From assembly GCA_002269645.1 (NCBI GenBank), contig NIVC01000114.1, positions 558,001 through 622,000 of the forward strand: a stretch of DNA of 64,000 bases. Reading direction: 5' to 3'. A program made the position numbers and the translations under genes. The notes under the pieces are model-generated. The model saw nothing but the letters and a program-made list of their open reading frames with translations, made no database searches and was not told where the DNA came from. Shown here in pieces: positions 1 through 15,582 of the stretch. How positions within the stretch are numbered: the stretch's first letter is position 1; the number at the start of each line of letters is the position of its first letter. Source of the stretch: Macrostomum lignano. Taxonomy: Eukaryota.

Positions 1-1270
1 AGACGGTTTATTGCCCTTAAATAATATTTGTTTATTAAGAGGGCAGCAAAGGTACTGAATCAAATAAACAGACACTAAAAAATCAGACAGTACCCTAGAA
101 AACAAGAGCCAGTGTAGACCATATTCTAGAAAGTGGAACAGATCAGTAATCGGTGATTATCTGCATAGCAATACATCTCGACAAAATCAACCTGAGATGT
201 TGGGAACTTTTGAACAATTTGCAGCTGCAAGTACTCGAAGTAAGTAAAAATGAAAAAAATCATTGGATTAGCAGAAGAATAAAAAATTTAGATATATACA
301 TCGTTTCTTATCAACTCCTGGTTGATTTTGATTTCTTCAGGAAAAAGAAATTTTAAGATAATATGGCGTTGTAAAAAATAAAAGCGTATAATAATGGGAG
401 CAATATCGAAGGGATTGTACTGTTTTAATAGTAAAAAAGCACAAAATTTCATTTTAGTGAATTGGCTATGACGAACGCGGCATGAGCCATTTTACGAGTC
501 GTAAATAATAGTCGTATCATATACGTAAGTAGATAGACGCAAAAATCAAAATACCGTGAAGCATAGGATACAAAATCTTAACTTCCATGCAAGCACATGT
601 CCATGGCTAATTTCTGCGCTTTGGTAACTGGGGAGCAATTCGTAGATATAATGAGCATCAATCAAAAAAGCAAAGGGTAATCCGTAGGTCTTAATAAAGG
701 TCGTAGTTAAGAAGATAAACTTGACACAAAGAAAAATCGTAAATTACTAAGACGACACTTTTGGTAAAAAAATTCTGAAATCTATCGCATACGAGCGTAC
801 CTAAATACAAGCAGCTCATTTTAGTACATTGGATAAAATAAGTTAAATATGTGCTGTTAATCTGCGCAGGTTAAAGAGTGCAAATAAATTAGCAATGTTA
901 AAAACAAGGCCACTGCTTTATCCCCCACCCGCCCTATCTTGTGAACCGTCACGGAAATCAATATTTTTGCTTCAATGCGCTAAAAAATACCGCCAAAAAT
1001 GAGTGCTAACAACATCCATTCCCAAACTTATGTTCAAATTTAGTCATGTAGAATTTTGCCTTTGTCCCCCCACCATAAATCTATGGCGATATCCATAGTC
1101 GCTTGTACTTCTAATTATGAGGCGATTCTTACGACTTCAACGTTTGGGATCTATTTGAAATAGGCTTAAAATTTGAGTTATGGCTTTAACATAATGGCAT
1201 TTCTAGAAAATAAAAAAAGTTTTTAATAGCCAAACTGGTCAAATTAGGCCGCGTGATCAGTTAAAAAGAG

Positions 1271-4200
1271 CTACTGCTGCTGACCCGAATCCATTGTAGG
1301 TGGACTAAGTTGTCCCCGAACTTCGACTGCACGGTCAGGCCTTACTAGGGCAAGCAGCTGTTCCAATTTTTTATCGATATCATCTATCCGCTGCTTGAGG
1401 TTTTCCAAGTCGTCACTCTTATCTGCCGACTTATGAGCACTTTCATGCTCATGCTTGCCATGCTGCTTCAGGTTATCCAGCATTTCCTGCACCTCTAATT
1501 TAAAATCCGCCAGCTCGTTGCCCGTGTGCGCCTTCACGACGTCGAAATCGTTTCTGTTCCACTGCGTGTCGCGCAGCAGGCGGGAGCGACAACGGCGAAA
1601 CTGAGTCGCTTGGAACGCCAAAAACCTGGTGTAATCAGCGGGGTAACTTTTCTTGTCCAGCCACCATCTCTTCGTTTTGTCGTTCTAAAAAAACAGAAAG
1701 GTAGCCGTAGATTTTCTTCAATGTTTGAGAAATTTATGAAGCGAAATCTGATGAAACTTACCATATCATCTTCGTTCATATTACCAGAACCATTGTTTGA
1801 ATTGCTGTCAGCAATTACTTTATTCTTCTTGCGATTGCAACATTTACTGTAAACGAATGTCGGAAAATTGAAGAAAAAGTACACCAAAAACGAAAATGGT
1901 GGCGGAAAAAGAGACATCTCTTGGTACTCTTGCAGCATCTCAAATGATCTCTTTCTCCAGATCCCGATAGCCACGCCGTACATTTGGGTGACTCGCAAAT
2001 TGAAGAGCGCGATCAGCATGTTCATCATCACCACATTCACAAGGCCCAGGAAAATGAATATTAGTAAATAGTAAAACCACTCGTGGCCTTGTTTGATAGC
2101 GACTTTTCCTAGCGTTGTGCTGTCCGGAGAAGAACTGAACTCGAGCTGGTCGAAGTTGTTGAACAACAAGTTAAACGGCAGAGTGGCAGCCTGAATGAAG
2201 ACTTGCCATCGGTAGTACGGGTTGCCATCGTGAGCTTCAGGAGCCCAGGCGAAGGAGAACAACAGGCACGTGAAAAACACCCCGAAACAACCGAAAATGA
2301 CGAACAAAATCATCAAGAAAGGCAGCAGATCAAAGATTATCAGGTTCCAAAGCATGCTGATCATGGGTCCAATACCTTCAAAATAACTCAAAAAAGATAC
2401 GGACCGAAAGCAGAAAAGTGCAAAGGAGGTGCTCAAGAGCATCTGGCTGGGATAGGCGTCCTCCACCTTGAAACCCCAACCAAAGTAGAACCATCTTGCT
2501 ATCAAACCGGCCGACAGGAAAAAAATGGCGAGAAGATCGAAAATGTTTAGCCAATCAACAAAGTAGGCTCTGAGCCGTCTGACATGCTTGCCAATTTTGC
2601 AATTCTCCTTTGCAGATCGCTGTCGCCAGAACTCAACCCATTCTTGCAAGCAGAAAGAAAGAAGATAGGCTACAAGAAGCGCGTCAACCTCAGGTGTTTT
2701 GTAGCTGATCTGAAAATCCAGAACGTACCAACCGAAAAATCCAAGGAAAAGAGCAAACGCCGCTGTGTGACTCCAAAATTTTGCTCTCGGAGAAGTTGGT
2801 AAAGACCATTTTGGCCTGCATCTGGAGCCACATAACTGCAGGCAGCAGCTGCCTGCTTCGCAGTTTTGCGAATATCCGTCCTCAACTGAGCATGAGGAAA
2901 TGGGGTTCCTCCATTGTTCATTCGTCAGTGCGTAGATGCAGTCAGTTGCAAAGAGATCTGGGGTGTCTGCTTTTTTTACTAGTTCAAACACACTTTTGTA
3001 CTTCACCTTTCCACCGCTTTGTTTCCAGACTCGGTATGGAAATTTTGGTCCATGGTAATCATTACTGACTTTTGCATCACTTCGGTCATGGCTACTGTAG
3101 CAGTTCGTAATTTCTCCTTTGATGTACTTGTTCAGAAGCTCCAACTCAGTCCTGTCAGCGTTTTCGAACAGCTCATTCAGTGCGTTTACTGCAATATTTG
3201 TGACTTTCTTCTGCAGTTGCAGCAGCTGCTCATGCTTGCCTTCTGCCTTGGCTCGCATCTTGATGATTTCAGGGCCCAGTCGGATGAGCAAGCTGAGGCA
3301 GCACGGAATGAGCTCGAACTGTCGAGTCAGAATCAGATCCGGTAGGATCTCGTCGCGGTGGAAGAAGGCAGCCAAGTCAAGAAGTGCCAGCTCGAAAGTG
3401 TCATCAACATGATCCATGTGCTTGAAAATGTTCTGTTGTTGAAAAGCTCTCCTGATATTTCCATCAATCCTCAGTGTTGCAATGAAATACTCGGTGAAGT
3501 CAGGCTCGGTCTCGCGCGTCACAATGTCCAGACTGAGAGCGGCGCGAAATATTCTTCTGGAGTCCATTTCCAACGATCTGATCAAAACCATTCTGTCGGT
3601 CTTTTGCTTCTTTTTTTCTTGCTGGTTTCTTGTGGTTTCATAGTCATTTGTAATGGTTACAAGAGTTGTTCTAGCGGCTTGCCTGTCAGGAAGCTTAAGC
3701 GCTCGCTTAGGAGGATCAAGAAGGCGCCATATGTCTGTCATTTTAATCTCCTTGTTGTTAGTTAGTTGCGGTGACCCTGAACCTGAACTCTGAGTATCTT
3801 TTTCCCGAGTATACAGGTTTGGGTTGCGATTGTATTTGCGAACGGCTAAAATGAACTCATCTAAATTTCCGTTGTCAAAGGCGTAGTCAACACACGTCTG
3901 TCCAGAATGGGACTCGCACCAAATTTTCAAGCCTTTCTGGAGTAGAAAAGCAATATTTTCTTGATGTCCGTAAGCGCAAGCAAAGTGCAAGCATGTCTCT
4001 CCGTGCTCTGCGTTTTCGCAAGATGGCGGATTGACTCTCTTCTTAATTAGAATGTCTATCTTTGGTTCTTTTTCTATTTCTGTACTCGACTCCTTTGCTT
4101 TTCCTTTATTCGATACTTTTTCAATCACATCCAGCATTGTCTGCCCATCTAGACCACTGCGCGTCTGCTTGCTTTTAGGAATGAGATCATACTGACCTGA

Positions 4201-6063
4201 GAAAGTGTGAATGATGTGTGCACCTGTTGCTGAATTAACTAATAGATCCTCAAAGAGCGTTGCTGCTTCTTCTTTCGACAACAATTTGTGCAGAACTGAA
4301 GGATCCAGTTTTGTTGCATGTAGACAGTTTAGATTGAGGTTGTTGTGAGCAGTCTTTTTGACTTTATTTTTAACAAGCAGCTTGAATCGATCCAAAATGT
4401 CCTGTTCGAATCCATCATAGGTGAGTTGGCTCTGCATCAGCGAATGCAAAAGCGTGTTTCCTGCTCTGTCAGTGCGTTGGAGCTCCTCTTTTGAAATTGC
4501 TTTGCTCGTAATCAGGCGTTTAATGGTCCACTCCTGAGACAGCTGATCCTCCTGAGACAGCGGAGGATCATTTGGAGTCGAATCATCGGAATCCGAAGGG
4601 TCCATTGCGTCAATCGCAAAATGAAACACGGATCGGTTTTTGTTGTTTCTTTTTCTCATAATCGGGGCAACCTGCTCGACCGTAGTTAATCTAAGGGATT
4701 TAAGCAGGAGCTTTAGGACTTCAGTTTTATCGGTTCTTTTAGCAGCAATGTGGAAGACTGTGTTTCCCGCTTTGTCACAGCAGATTAGAATTCCGGCAAG
4801 CGTCTTCATAGCTTTTAGCAGCTTCTCAATAGTTTCCCGCTCGCAGTTTTCGACAGCATAATGAAGAACTGTGGATTTGCGCTTGTTTTGGCAAAGCAAT
4901 ACACGAGAAACATCTGAGTTGTCTGGCTGCCGGCCCTGTGAGGCGGTAGATGCAACAGAACGGCTTTTTTCATGCTGTTCTTTTGCTTGGTTTTCTTGAT
5001 TTTCCTGCGGTTGAGGCGCGTTTTCTGGCATATTTTGTTCCAGCGACGCTATCAGCTCTTGTCGTTTAGGCTGCTTTTGATTAGGGCTTGCTGCTTTCAA
5101 GTTAAGAGCCTCCAAAAGCACGGAATCTTTTCCTTCGCTCCGAGCCAATGCGTGCAGGAACGTGTTTCCCTGCTTGTCTTTCAATTCATACCATTCTCGC
5201 AAGGTCTTAGGATTTTCAGAAGCTAGTTGAATCAGCTTCGATGCCAAACTGGGACTGCCATGCAGAGCAGCCAAGTGAAGAACAGTTTCGTCCTTTTTGT
5301 TCATACATTTTAGCCAGTGATTAGCAGAACTATCGGTACGCATTTTAGATATCTTTCTAAAGTGTCGATAGCCAGAGTTTTCATTCCTCGCGGCGAAATG
5401 GGCGGCGGTGTTGCCATCGACATCCTCTTCGGCAAACATGTAGCTTTCGATGTCCCTTTGCTTTAGAATCTCCGTAAGAGAACTCATTTGAGAGCAATAC
5501 TGGAGAGCATAGTGCAATACAGTCTCATTTCTACTGTTCTTCCAGTTCCAGCAAACACTGGACGATTTTTCTCTAACTGTCAATACCATTTTCGGGTTTT
5601 GAGCGTTTCTGGCAGCCCAATGAGCGCACGTGTCTCCATTTGAATCTTTGAACCGGGATAGGCTAAATCGAAGCTCATTGTTAGTTCTCTGGGTGAGTTC
5701 GAAGTTCTGCTGCCAAGACTTGTCTGAGTGATAACGGGCCGACAAGTGTAAAGGAGTTATTTTGTCCTCATCGGGAGTTGTCAGGCAATCCGAATCGACT
5801 TTCTTAACTATTTCAGTAAGCGCAGCCTCTCCATCCTGATGCATGGCTGCGTAGTGAGCGGCTGTTTTGAGAAATTCATCTGGCAAAAGATGTGGCTTAG
5901 TTTCATATGATGCAAAGTTTCTGAGACACTGAATAGCTTTTTCAAAATCGTATTGTTTAGTTAAGTAAAGAAGCCTTTTGCAAGGATTAACGTCGATCTC
6001 CTCTTCATCCCAGTAGCTAATTGGACTTTCGATCCAACATTTATCTTTTTCCTCCATTGTCAT
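1271..6063 (-). CDS. Ankyrin-repeat TRP cation channel with TRPM-type core; 2 exons (6063-1762, 1684-1271), ~1571 aa
   Basis: ORF 1534..6063 has ~14-15 ankyrin-type helices (KTAAHYAA, ITPLHLSA, ETVLHLAA, ETCLHFAC), then six hydrophobic segments and a TRP-box region (NMLIALFN...IWRKRSFEMLQEYQEMSLFPPPF). A 77-nt intron (ATG|GTAAGT 1761 ... TTTTAG|AAC 1685, phase 0) joins it in frame to ORF 1271..1621, which ends in a coiled coil (LENLKQRIDDIDKKLEQLL). Confidence 0.9.
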
Positions 6064-6977
6064 GCAGGTGCTTTCGAGTGTTCAGCAGCGACTCACTGAA
6101 AATTGGCGATCAAGTTGGCTAAAAATTTTGGCATTTTTGGGGCTGTTAATTTGCAACAAAACTGTTGTAAACATGGGTAATAGGGGTAAATATGGGTAAA
6201 TATTTAGTGCAATTTTTTATATCCAAATGTACATATAAATATAAATATTCTTAATTTTTATATTTGAATAACCAAAATTAATCGCTTTAAATTTATAATT
6301 AATCGGCAGAGCCCCTCCACGGCTGATCCGAGGACTTAGACAATGAGGTCTAACAATTCAATTAACAACAAACGTGGGTAAAATGTCTACGAGCTACGAC
6401 AGCTAAGGATGATTAAGTACGAATACGGATTACAGTACAGTCTTAGACGTCTGATATTAATTATCAAGTAATCATACTACACTTGACCTCGAATAAAACA
6501 CAATGAAATAATCAGCTAATTTTACCTCTGGCGCCCCAGGCGCAAAGTGTGCTTCTGCTATTGCTCTCGGCAAGTCAATGATATTTTACTGCCACTGAAA
6601 CGGCTCTGAAAAGAAAAAAATGAAGGTAGAAGTTGTTCCAAAACGAATAGGATTGTTTCAGTAGTTTATGAGCAGAAGCAGAAGAGTAACTAGCTAGCTA
6701 TAACAGAGAAAGCAGAAGTGACCTTAATTGTACCTAAGCAATCAGCGATATGCTGTTTTTACTTTCTTAATTGAAGGCTAAAAAATAAAGCAGCTTGGAA
6801 TTCATGAAATAATGGGAATAATTTTTGTGACGCCACCTGTCTACTTCAAGCAGAAATATGCGAAGCACACAGTCGTATAGAATTTCGTGTTTCAAGTTGA
6901 AAGAACTAAATGCTGCGGAAGGTGCGAGCGTATTGGGCTTTCACGGATACTGTATTTTTTTGGATAAATCTTCAGTA

Positions 6978-7543
<566 letters not shown>

Positions 7544-8559
7544 AAAACCTTTTATGTTTTGTTTCGGAGCGTTTGTAATACACAATATGTTTGATATTTC
7601 TTCTTTAAAAATTATGAAAATTCACGTATCAGTTTAATATTCTGACCCTAAAAAACGAAAATTCTGTATCATTTAGCAGCCAACAATTTTCCTACTAGAC
7701 AAGATCCAAAATTCTTAGAGTAGGTTGAACCCCGTCCCCTATTATCGTGCATCTAGGTATCAGTTGTACGTGTATTACTCGTAGTTCCGCAAAAATGTAC
7801 TCTATGAGACTTTATGAGAACATCACTCCAAACTATGGATACACATGCACACAAGCGCGTACGCAGTCATAAGCACAGGCACACTGCACTCACACAGGAG
7901 TGTACAGCGGCCCCAGCTAGCTAACTTATTTTATCGTTAGGTATGTACACTTCATGAAGAAAGCTCCAAACCACAAATTGCACAAGCAGAGCCAAGCCAA
8001 TATTCCAATTTAGCCTCCAATTAAAGAGCACTAAACTACGGCCGTAACAGGCTACTGTCAGTAGGGAGCGATAAAATCAGTTCCAAAATTTACTGCTTAA
8101 TAGCAAATAAACAAAATTAGAGTATTAACCAGTCACGTGACTATACACTAAATTAAATTTAACTAAGTTCTAAAAAGGGCTCACTTTCCTCTGACTAATA
8201 ATTTAATTTCAAGAATTCGTCTGAATAGCCGTAGATTCATTCTAGGTGATCGAAATGTCCCTTGCAAGTATCAGTACTACTAAGGCAGGGTCTAAAACTC
8301 GATTGTGACTAAGCATATTTAAACCAAATGTAACTAAATGTCTGAAAAAAACTGACGCGACAGTCTAAGGCTTTCCAAGTAAAACCGAAACAATATTTGT
8401 TGATTAGATGGGGCATGACACATTCAAATAATTATTACGTAAAGAGGTCGTGCCGCCACAAGCGACCCAAAAATTAAAAAAACACTATTCGTGAGCAAAG
8501 ACATTTTTACGGAGATACTTAATGGAACTGAAAAACAAGAGGCAATTTCCCACTTTATA

Positions 8560-11280
<2,721 letters not shown>

Positions 11281-12201
11281 AATCAAGAAAGCCTTCAATC
11301 TAGAAACGTAAGTTGGCGTAAAATATCATTTTTTGCATTGTATCACACAGTTTTAGTGGAGTTAATGAAAGCCTTAAGCCTTGGCGCCCCTGCGATGCAG
11401 CGCCCTAAATAGCGGTGACACCCCCTGGTAATGACGGTTTGGAGGCGACGTAAGCCATGGGCTATAAGGGCTTCTCTCAGAGCAACCCTCTTGTTACTAC
11501 AATTCTAAGGTAATCTCATTTGAAGCAATGGAAAGATACTGACCTATTTTATTGAGGTCTTTAACGCCGAGAGTAAGCCGAGCAGTGGGGGTCGGAGTGA
11601 GGCTATTAGGTATCCAAGCAACTGCTCCTCGCACACTCTGCTCAACCCTTCGCTCCTTTCATTTCATTTTTTCTGGGGCTCGCTGCATTCGCTTCTTGTT
11701 TCTCTGTCGAAATTTACAATTGTACACTTGTCTTTTTATTATTTTCAGTGCCCACGCATAATCTGTTTTTCTCTATTGTTCAACGAGTGAATGCAGAGCT
11801 CGTGACACGCTGCAAATTTTTGCTTGAGAAATTATTGTACAGGGTAGAAATATAACTAACCTTAGTAGAGTTAAAAGCTCAACAGAACTGACAGTGGCGA
11901 GTTTGAAGCCACAAATTGTCATTTCGGCTAAGACTATGTGGCACTTTTCATTATAACGTATAATGACATTTTTCATTATTTTTTGTGTCAATTTTTGTAC
12001 CTACATAGTTTAGTTCAGTTTTGTTTTTAGTCTATTTAAGCAAGCAAGCATGCATTGTTTTTTAATTTTTAGTATATTAGATTATCAATAAACAGTATAT
12101 TTTTGTTTAAAACCAGCTTAGGTGAAAATATACTCTAGATTTCAATAATTATAGTTTCATGTTATTTAACCATCTTTTAGTCATCCAAGGTTTGTTTAAA
12201 T

Positions 12202-12659
12202 GAGGAGTCGGCAACCTCCGGCCCGCGAAGCCTCTCTATCCGGACCTCGGGTCCTTTGAAACTTCACAATAGCAATCCGGCCCAATCAGGGTCTGTGTGT
12301 TTTATAAGTTGTCTCCTTTCTCTTTTCTTCTCTCTTTTCTCTCATCTCAAATCGTCTTCTTTCTCCTCTCTCATCTCATCTCCCGCCTTTCATCTCTCAT
12401 CTCCTCAACTTTCTTCTCTCCTCTCTCATCTCTATCCTAGCTCTATCTACATGATCGTATCTAATTTTATCTTCTACGAGAAGAGTACCTTCTATCTCAT
12501 CTATTCTCGTATCGCGTCTCTCATCTCTCCTTTCTTCTGTCATCTCCTCTTTTTTGTTCTCTCTCTCTCAAATTTCATCTCCTTTCCACTCTCATCTGGC
12601 CCGCAGCAATGATCTAAACTACTTATCTGGCCCTTGAAGTAAAAGTTTGCCGACCCTTG
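12202..12659. mobile_element. Non-autonomous hAT-type MITE (~458 bp)
   Basis: Imperfect TIRs (gaggagtcggcaacc ... gtttgccgacccttg) and an 8-bp TSD GTTTAAAT at 12194-12201 and 12660-12667. Subterminal ggcccgc motifs and a TC-rich interior. Confidence 0.8.
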
Positions 12660-13428
12660 GTTTAAATAAATCGCTTTTCCCGCCAGTTTTGATTACATTT
12701 TTTCGGGTTTTCCTGTAAACCTGTCGTGTTCTTGCAGTGTTAGAATTTTTCGGGTCTCAAAACGAATGCATAAATATCGAACTTGTACGTAAAATACCAT
12801 TTTTTTGTTGGAAAACCTTTCTGGCAAACTACTGAGAGACAAGTTTCTTACTTTTTAGCGTGGTTTTCCAGGATTTTGTTTTTTAAGTTTTTTTGCTTTA
12901 ATTGTAAACCAGTGTGGTAAAGTGAAGACAGTCAAAAGGCAGTTGGTAGTTAAGCATGTTGGTGCCTGGCCCGACACGTAAATCAACGTGTTTATTCATT
13001 TTTTAAATAATATTTATCGAGCCGTATCGAGTTTAGCTTAGAGAAATAAATAATTATGGGAGAATTTGAAGTTTATATGCCACTTGGTGAAATAGAAGCT
13101 GAATATTTTGAATAGTCTGAATTGTAAAATATTGGTCAAGGAAAGAAAAAAATATTGAATCACTGTATGAAACCTCTTGCAATAAATGTTGCTAGAATAA
13201 TTAGAGTTTTAGGACAGTTACAGATTTAATGGATGAAGGTTGAGTAAATAAATTTTTGTTTAAGAAAAACCTACATACTCAAGGTAGTGTGAAAGCTATT
13301 ATATGAAAAGAAGATATATGTTTAAAATTAAAGTCGACCTTAGAGACAACGTAAGCGATATTTGAAAAAAACTTGGACAATATAGTACTTGTCCCACTGT
13401 CTGTACTCTCCTTCAGTAAGTTTCAAAG

Positions 13429-14315
13429 TCATTTTTTTTCAGCAGCAAACTTAGCCGCATTGCGGGCCGCAAAGTGGCAGTTGCTAAAAAACAGGTTGTA
13501 ATCCTTGCCGCCAGTCTTCACCAAGTCCGTCACCCTGGTGCCAGGCTTGGTGTCAGTCCATCCGCCGCCAACGCATCCGGTCGTCCTCCAGGCGCCCGAC
13601 ATGTTCTTGGCGTCAGTCACAACCGTGTTGCCACCTTTCTCTCGACCGAAATCGGATCCTTTTTTACCTCCTTAAAAATAGAAGTTTACATAAAAATCAG
13701 GAGGAAAAAATTGAAGAAAAGCCAAACGAAGCTAAGAGAAATACGGGATCGCTGTACCGGTACAACTATTGTAGGAGCTATGATTGTTTGTCTTTGTTAT
13801 TGATATAAATCGGTCATAAAATTCGAATCACTAATTGCCTTCGTGCACTCTGTCTTAGGGTGGATTGTAGCCGTTCTGCCTTAGGGTGGAATATGTAGCC
13901 GTTCTGGCTTAGGGTGGATTGTAGCCGTTCTGCCTTAGGGTGGAATATGTAGCCGTTCTGGCTTAGGGTGGATTGTAGCCGTTCTGGCTTAGGGTGGATT
14001 GTAGCCGTTCTGGGTTAGGGTGCATTGTAGCCGTTCTGGCCAATGGTTCCGTCTGCAACTTCGAAAATATAAAAAACCGATCGGCACAGTTTAAAGCGCA
14101 CCCTTGTGAATCAGCCAGTGCTTTCCGTCAGCGGTAACCGCTTCGGTGCCGCTGTGCGAAAAGGGCCAGGGCATAACTCCGGAGCTGCCTAGAGGACGCT
14201 GAACGCGCCGCATGCTCACCACCTGCTGATCGAGCAGGTTTCTCATGGGTCCTGCCTGCAGATCCTGCAGACTAGGTCCTGTAGGCCGGCCGCCTCCTCC
14301 TTTGAAGCTGGACAT
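13429..14315 (-). CDS. Small permuted-papain-like (LRAT/PPPDE-type His...Cys) protein; 2 exons (14315-14102, 13670-13429), 151 aa
   Basis: Splicing AAG G|GTGCGC (14101) to TTTTTAAG|GA GGT (13671) joins ORFs 14091..14315 and 13429..13620 in frame: ...RPLGSSGVMPWPFSHSG...HWLIHKG-GKKGSDFGR...TVVTDAKNMS...VTDLVKTGGKDYNLFFSNCHFAA. The YNL..xNCH motif is typical of permuted papain-like amidases. Confidence 0.7.
13855..14040. repeat. ~26-28 bp intronic minisatellite (cttagggtggattgtagccgttctgg)
   Basis: About 7 tandem copies inside the intron of the permuted-papain gene. Confidence 0.95.
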
Positions 14316-14750
14316 TTTAACAACTCAAATTTTCAATCCCGATATTATCTGTATATCGCGCTCTTCTGTGCTTGATAGACCGCGATCGACTGAACGAATT
14401 GATGCTTTTATCCCTTTTTGATTACATGGTGATCGATTTTAGGCAAGTTGATTAACAAGGAACTAAATTTGACTGCTTACTGTGCATTAGACCGACGGTA
14501 TTGGGCTTTTGTGTACACTACATGGCAATGGCGGAGAGATACGCGCTGCAGAGGGCACGCATCAGCCGCCTCGTCCTTTTGGGGGCTACGGCTGACATTT
14601 AGAAGCTCTGGTATGTCTGGATAGTACAGCCCCTGCTCGTCCCCGGCCGCTCTCGCCCTTTAGACAACCCCCCTTCGATCGATCCTTCCCCAGACGTCTA
14701 CTTTAACAGTACAGTCCGGTCTGTCTTCGTCGGATACTGACTTGTACCTC

Positions 14751-15045
14751 CCGCTGAAGTACACAGGTCGGCACGGGACATTCCTTCCCAGCCTCCCAAT
14801 CCTCTCCACATCGGTCGATATTCGTGCATCAAGCTTCCCACTTCCCACTTCCCACGCTGAAGTACACAGGTCGGCACGGGACATTCCTTCCCAGCCTCCC
14901 TATCCTCTCCACATCGGTCGATATTCGTGCATCAAGCTTCCCACTTCCCACTTCCCACGCTGAAGTACACAGGTCGGCACGGGACATTCCTTCCCAGCCT
15001 CCCTATCCTCTCCACATCGGTCGATATTCGAGCATCAAACTTCCC
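14751..15045. repeat. 103-bp tandem repeat, ~3 copies
   Basis: gctgaagtacacaggtcggcac recurs at 14753, 14856 and 14959. Confidence 0.95.
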
Positions 15046-15131
15046 ACTTGGACCCCCCGCGCTTTGTGACCCGCGCTCCCCCTTCAGCCTATCTGCCCAT
15101 CCAATTCTAGGGTCCCTCCCCTCTTCCTAAT

Positions 15132-15580
15132 TGTTACAAGTCGGTCTTTTGTATTGCATTATATTTATGCAAGTTGTGTGCCGTGCACTCTCGGCTCTTG
15201 CAGCCGTCAGTGGCGCAACCAGGGGGGGGGGGCGGGGGCGCGGTCGCCTCCCCCTTAGGCGGAGACCCAAAAAAAATCGAAGGGGGGACCAAGAGAATTT
15301 TCGCCAAAAACAGAACCTCCCCTCCGCCCCCCCCCTCCCGGGGCTTTACCTTCCAGAATCCGCCCCCCCCTCAAAAATTTCTGGTTGCGCTACCGGCAGC
15401 CGTTACTCTTATCAGAGTCTTCTTGAATACTTATGTATTTCTTTTGTGTTACGAAGGTTCTTTGACACTTGCGCCAAAAATCGCAGTACAGGCAAATAAA
15501 CTCGTCTATGGCAATTAAAAATTAAAGTTCAATCTGCTCGGGCAGAAGCCAGACCGCAGCACCGATGCTTCAAAATTACA
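15132..15580 (-). mobile_element. Probable 3' LTR of the minus-strand Gypsy element, interrupted by a MITE
   Basis: On the minus strand it starts TGTAATT immediately after the integrase stop and a purine-rich tract (TATAAGGAGTGAAC), and ends ...CTTGTAACA at 15132 (TG...CA). No matching second LTR was identified. Confidence 0.55.
15208..15395. mobile_element. hAT-type MITE (188 bp) inserted in the LTR
   Basis: TIRs cagtggcgcaaccag / ctggttgcgctaccg and a perfect 8-bp TSD GCAGCCGT at 15200-15207 and 15396-15403. Confidence 0.9.
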
Positions 15581-15582
15581 GT

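Noticed and set aside
1534-1761. C-terminus of ORF 1534..6063 as given (VSFIRFRF...ETISTS)
   Set aside because: It reads through a 77-nt GT-AG intron; the true C-terminus is the 1684-1271 exon.
14751-15045. Resemblance of ggtcggcac...cccagcctcc to an HDV-like ribozyme 5' end
   Set aside because: I could not build P1 3' strand, P1.1 or the J4/2 catalytic C with proper pairing. An Infernal search would be needed to revive it.
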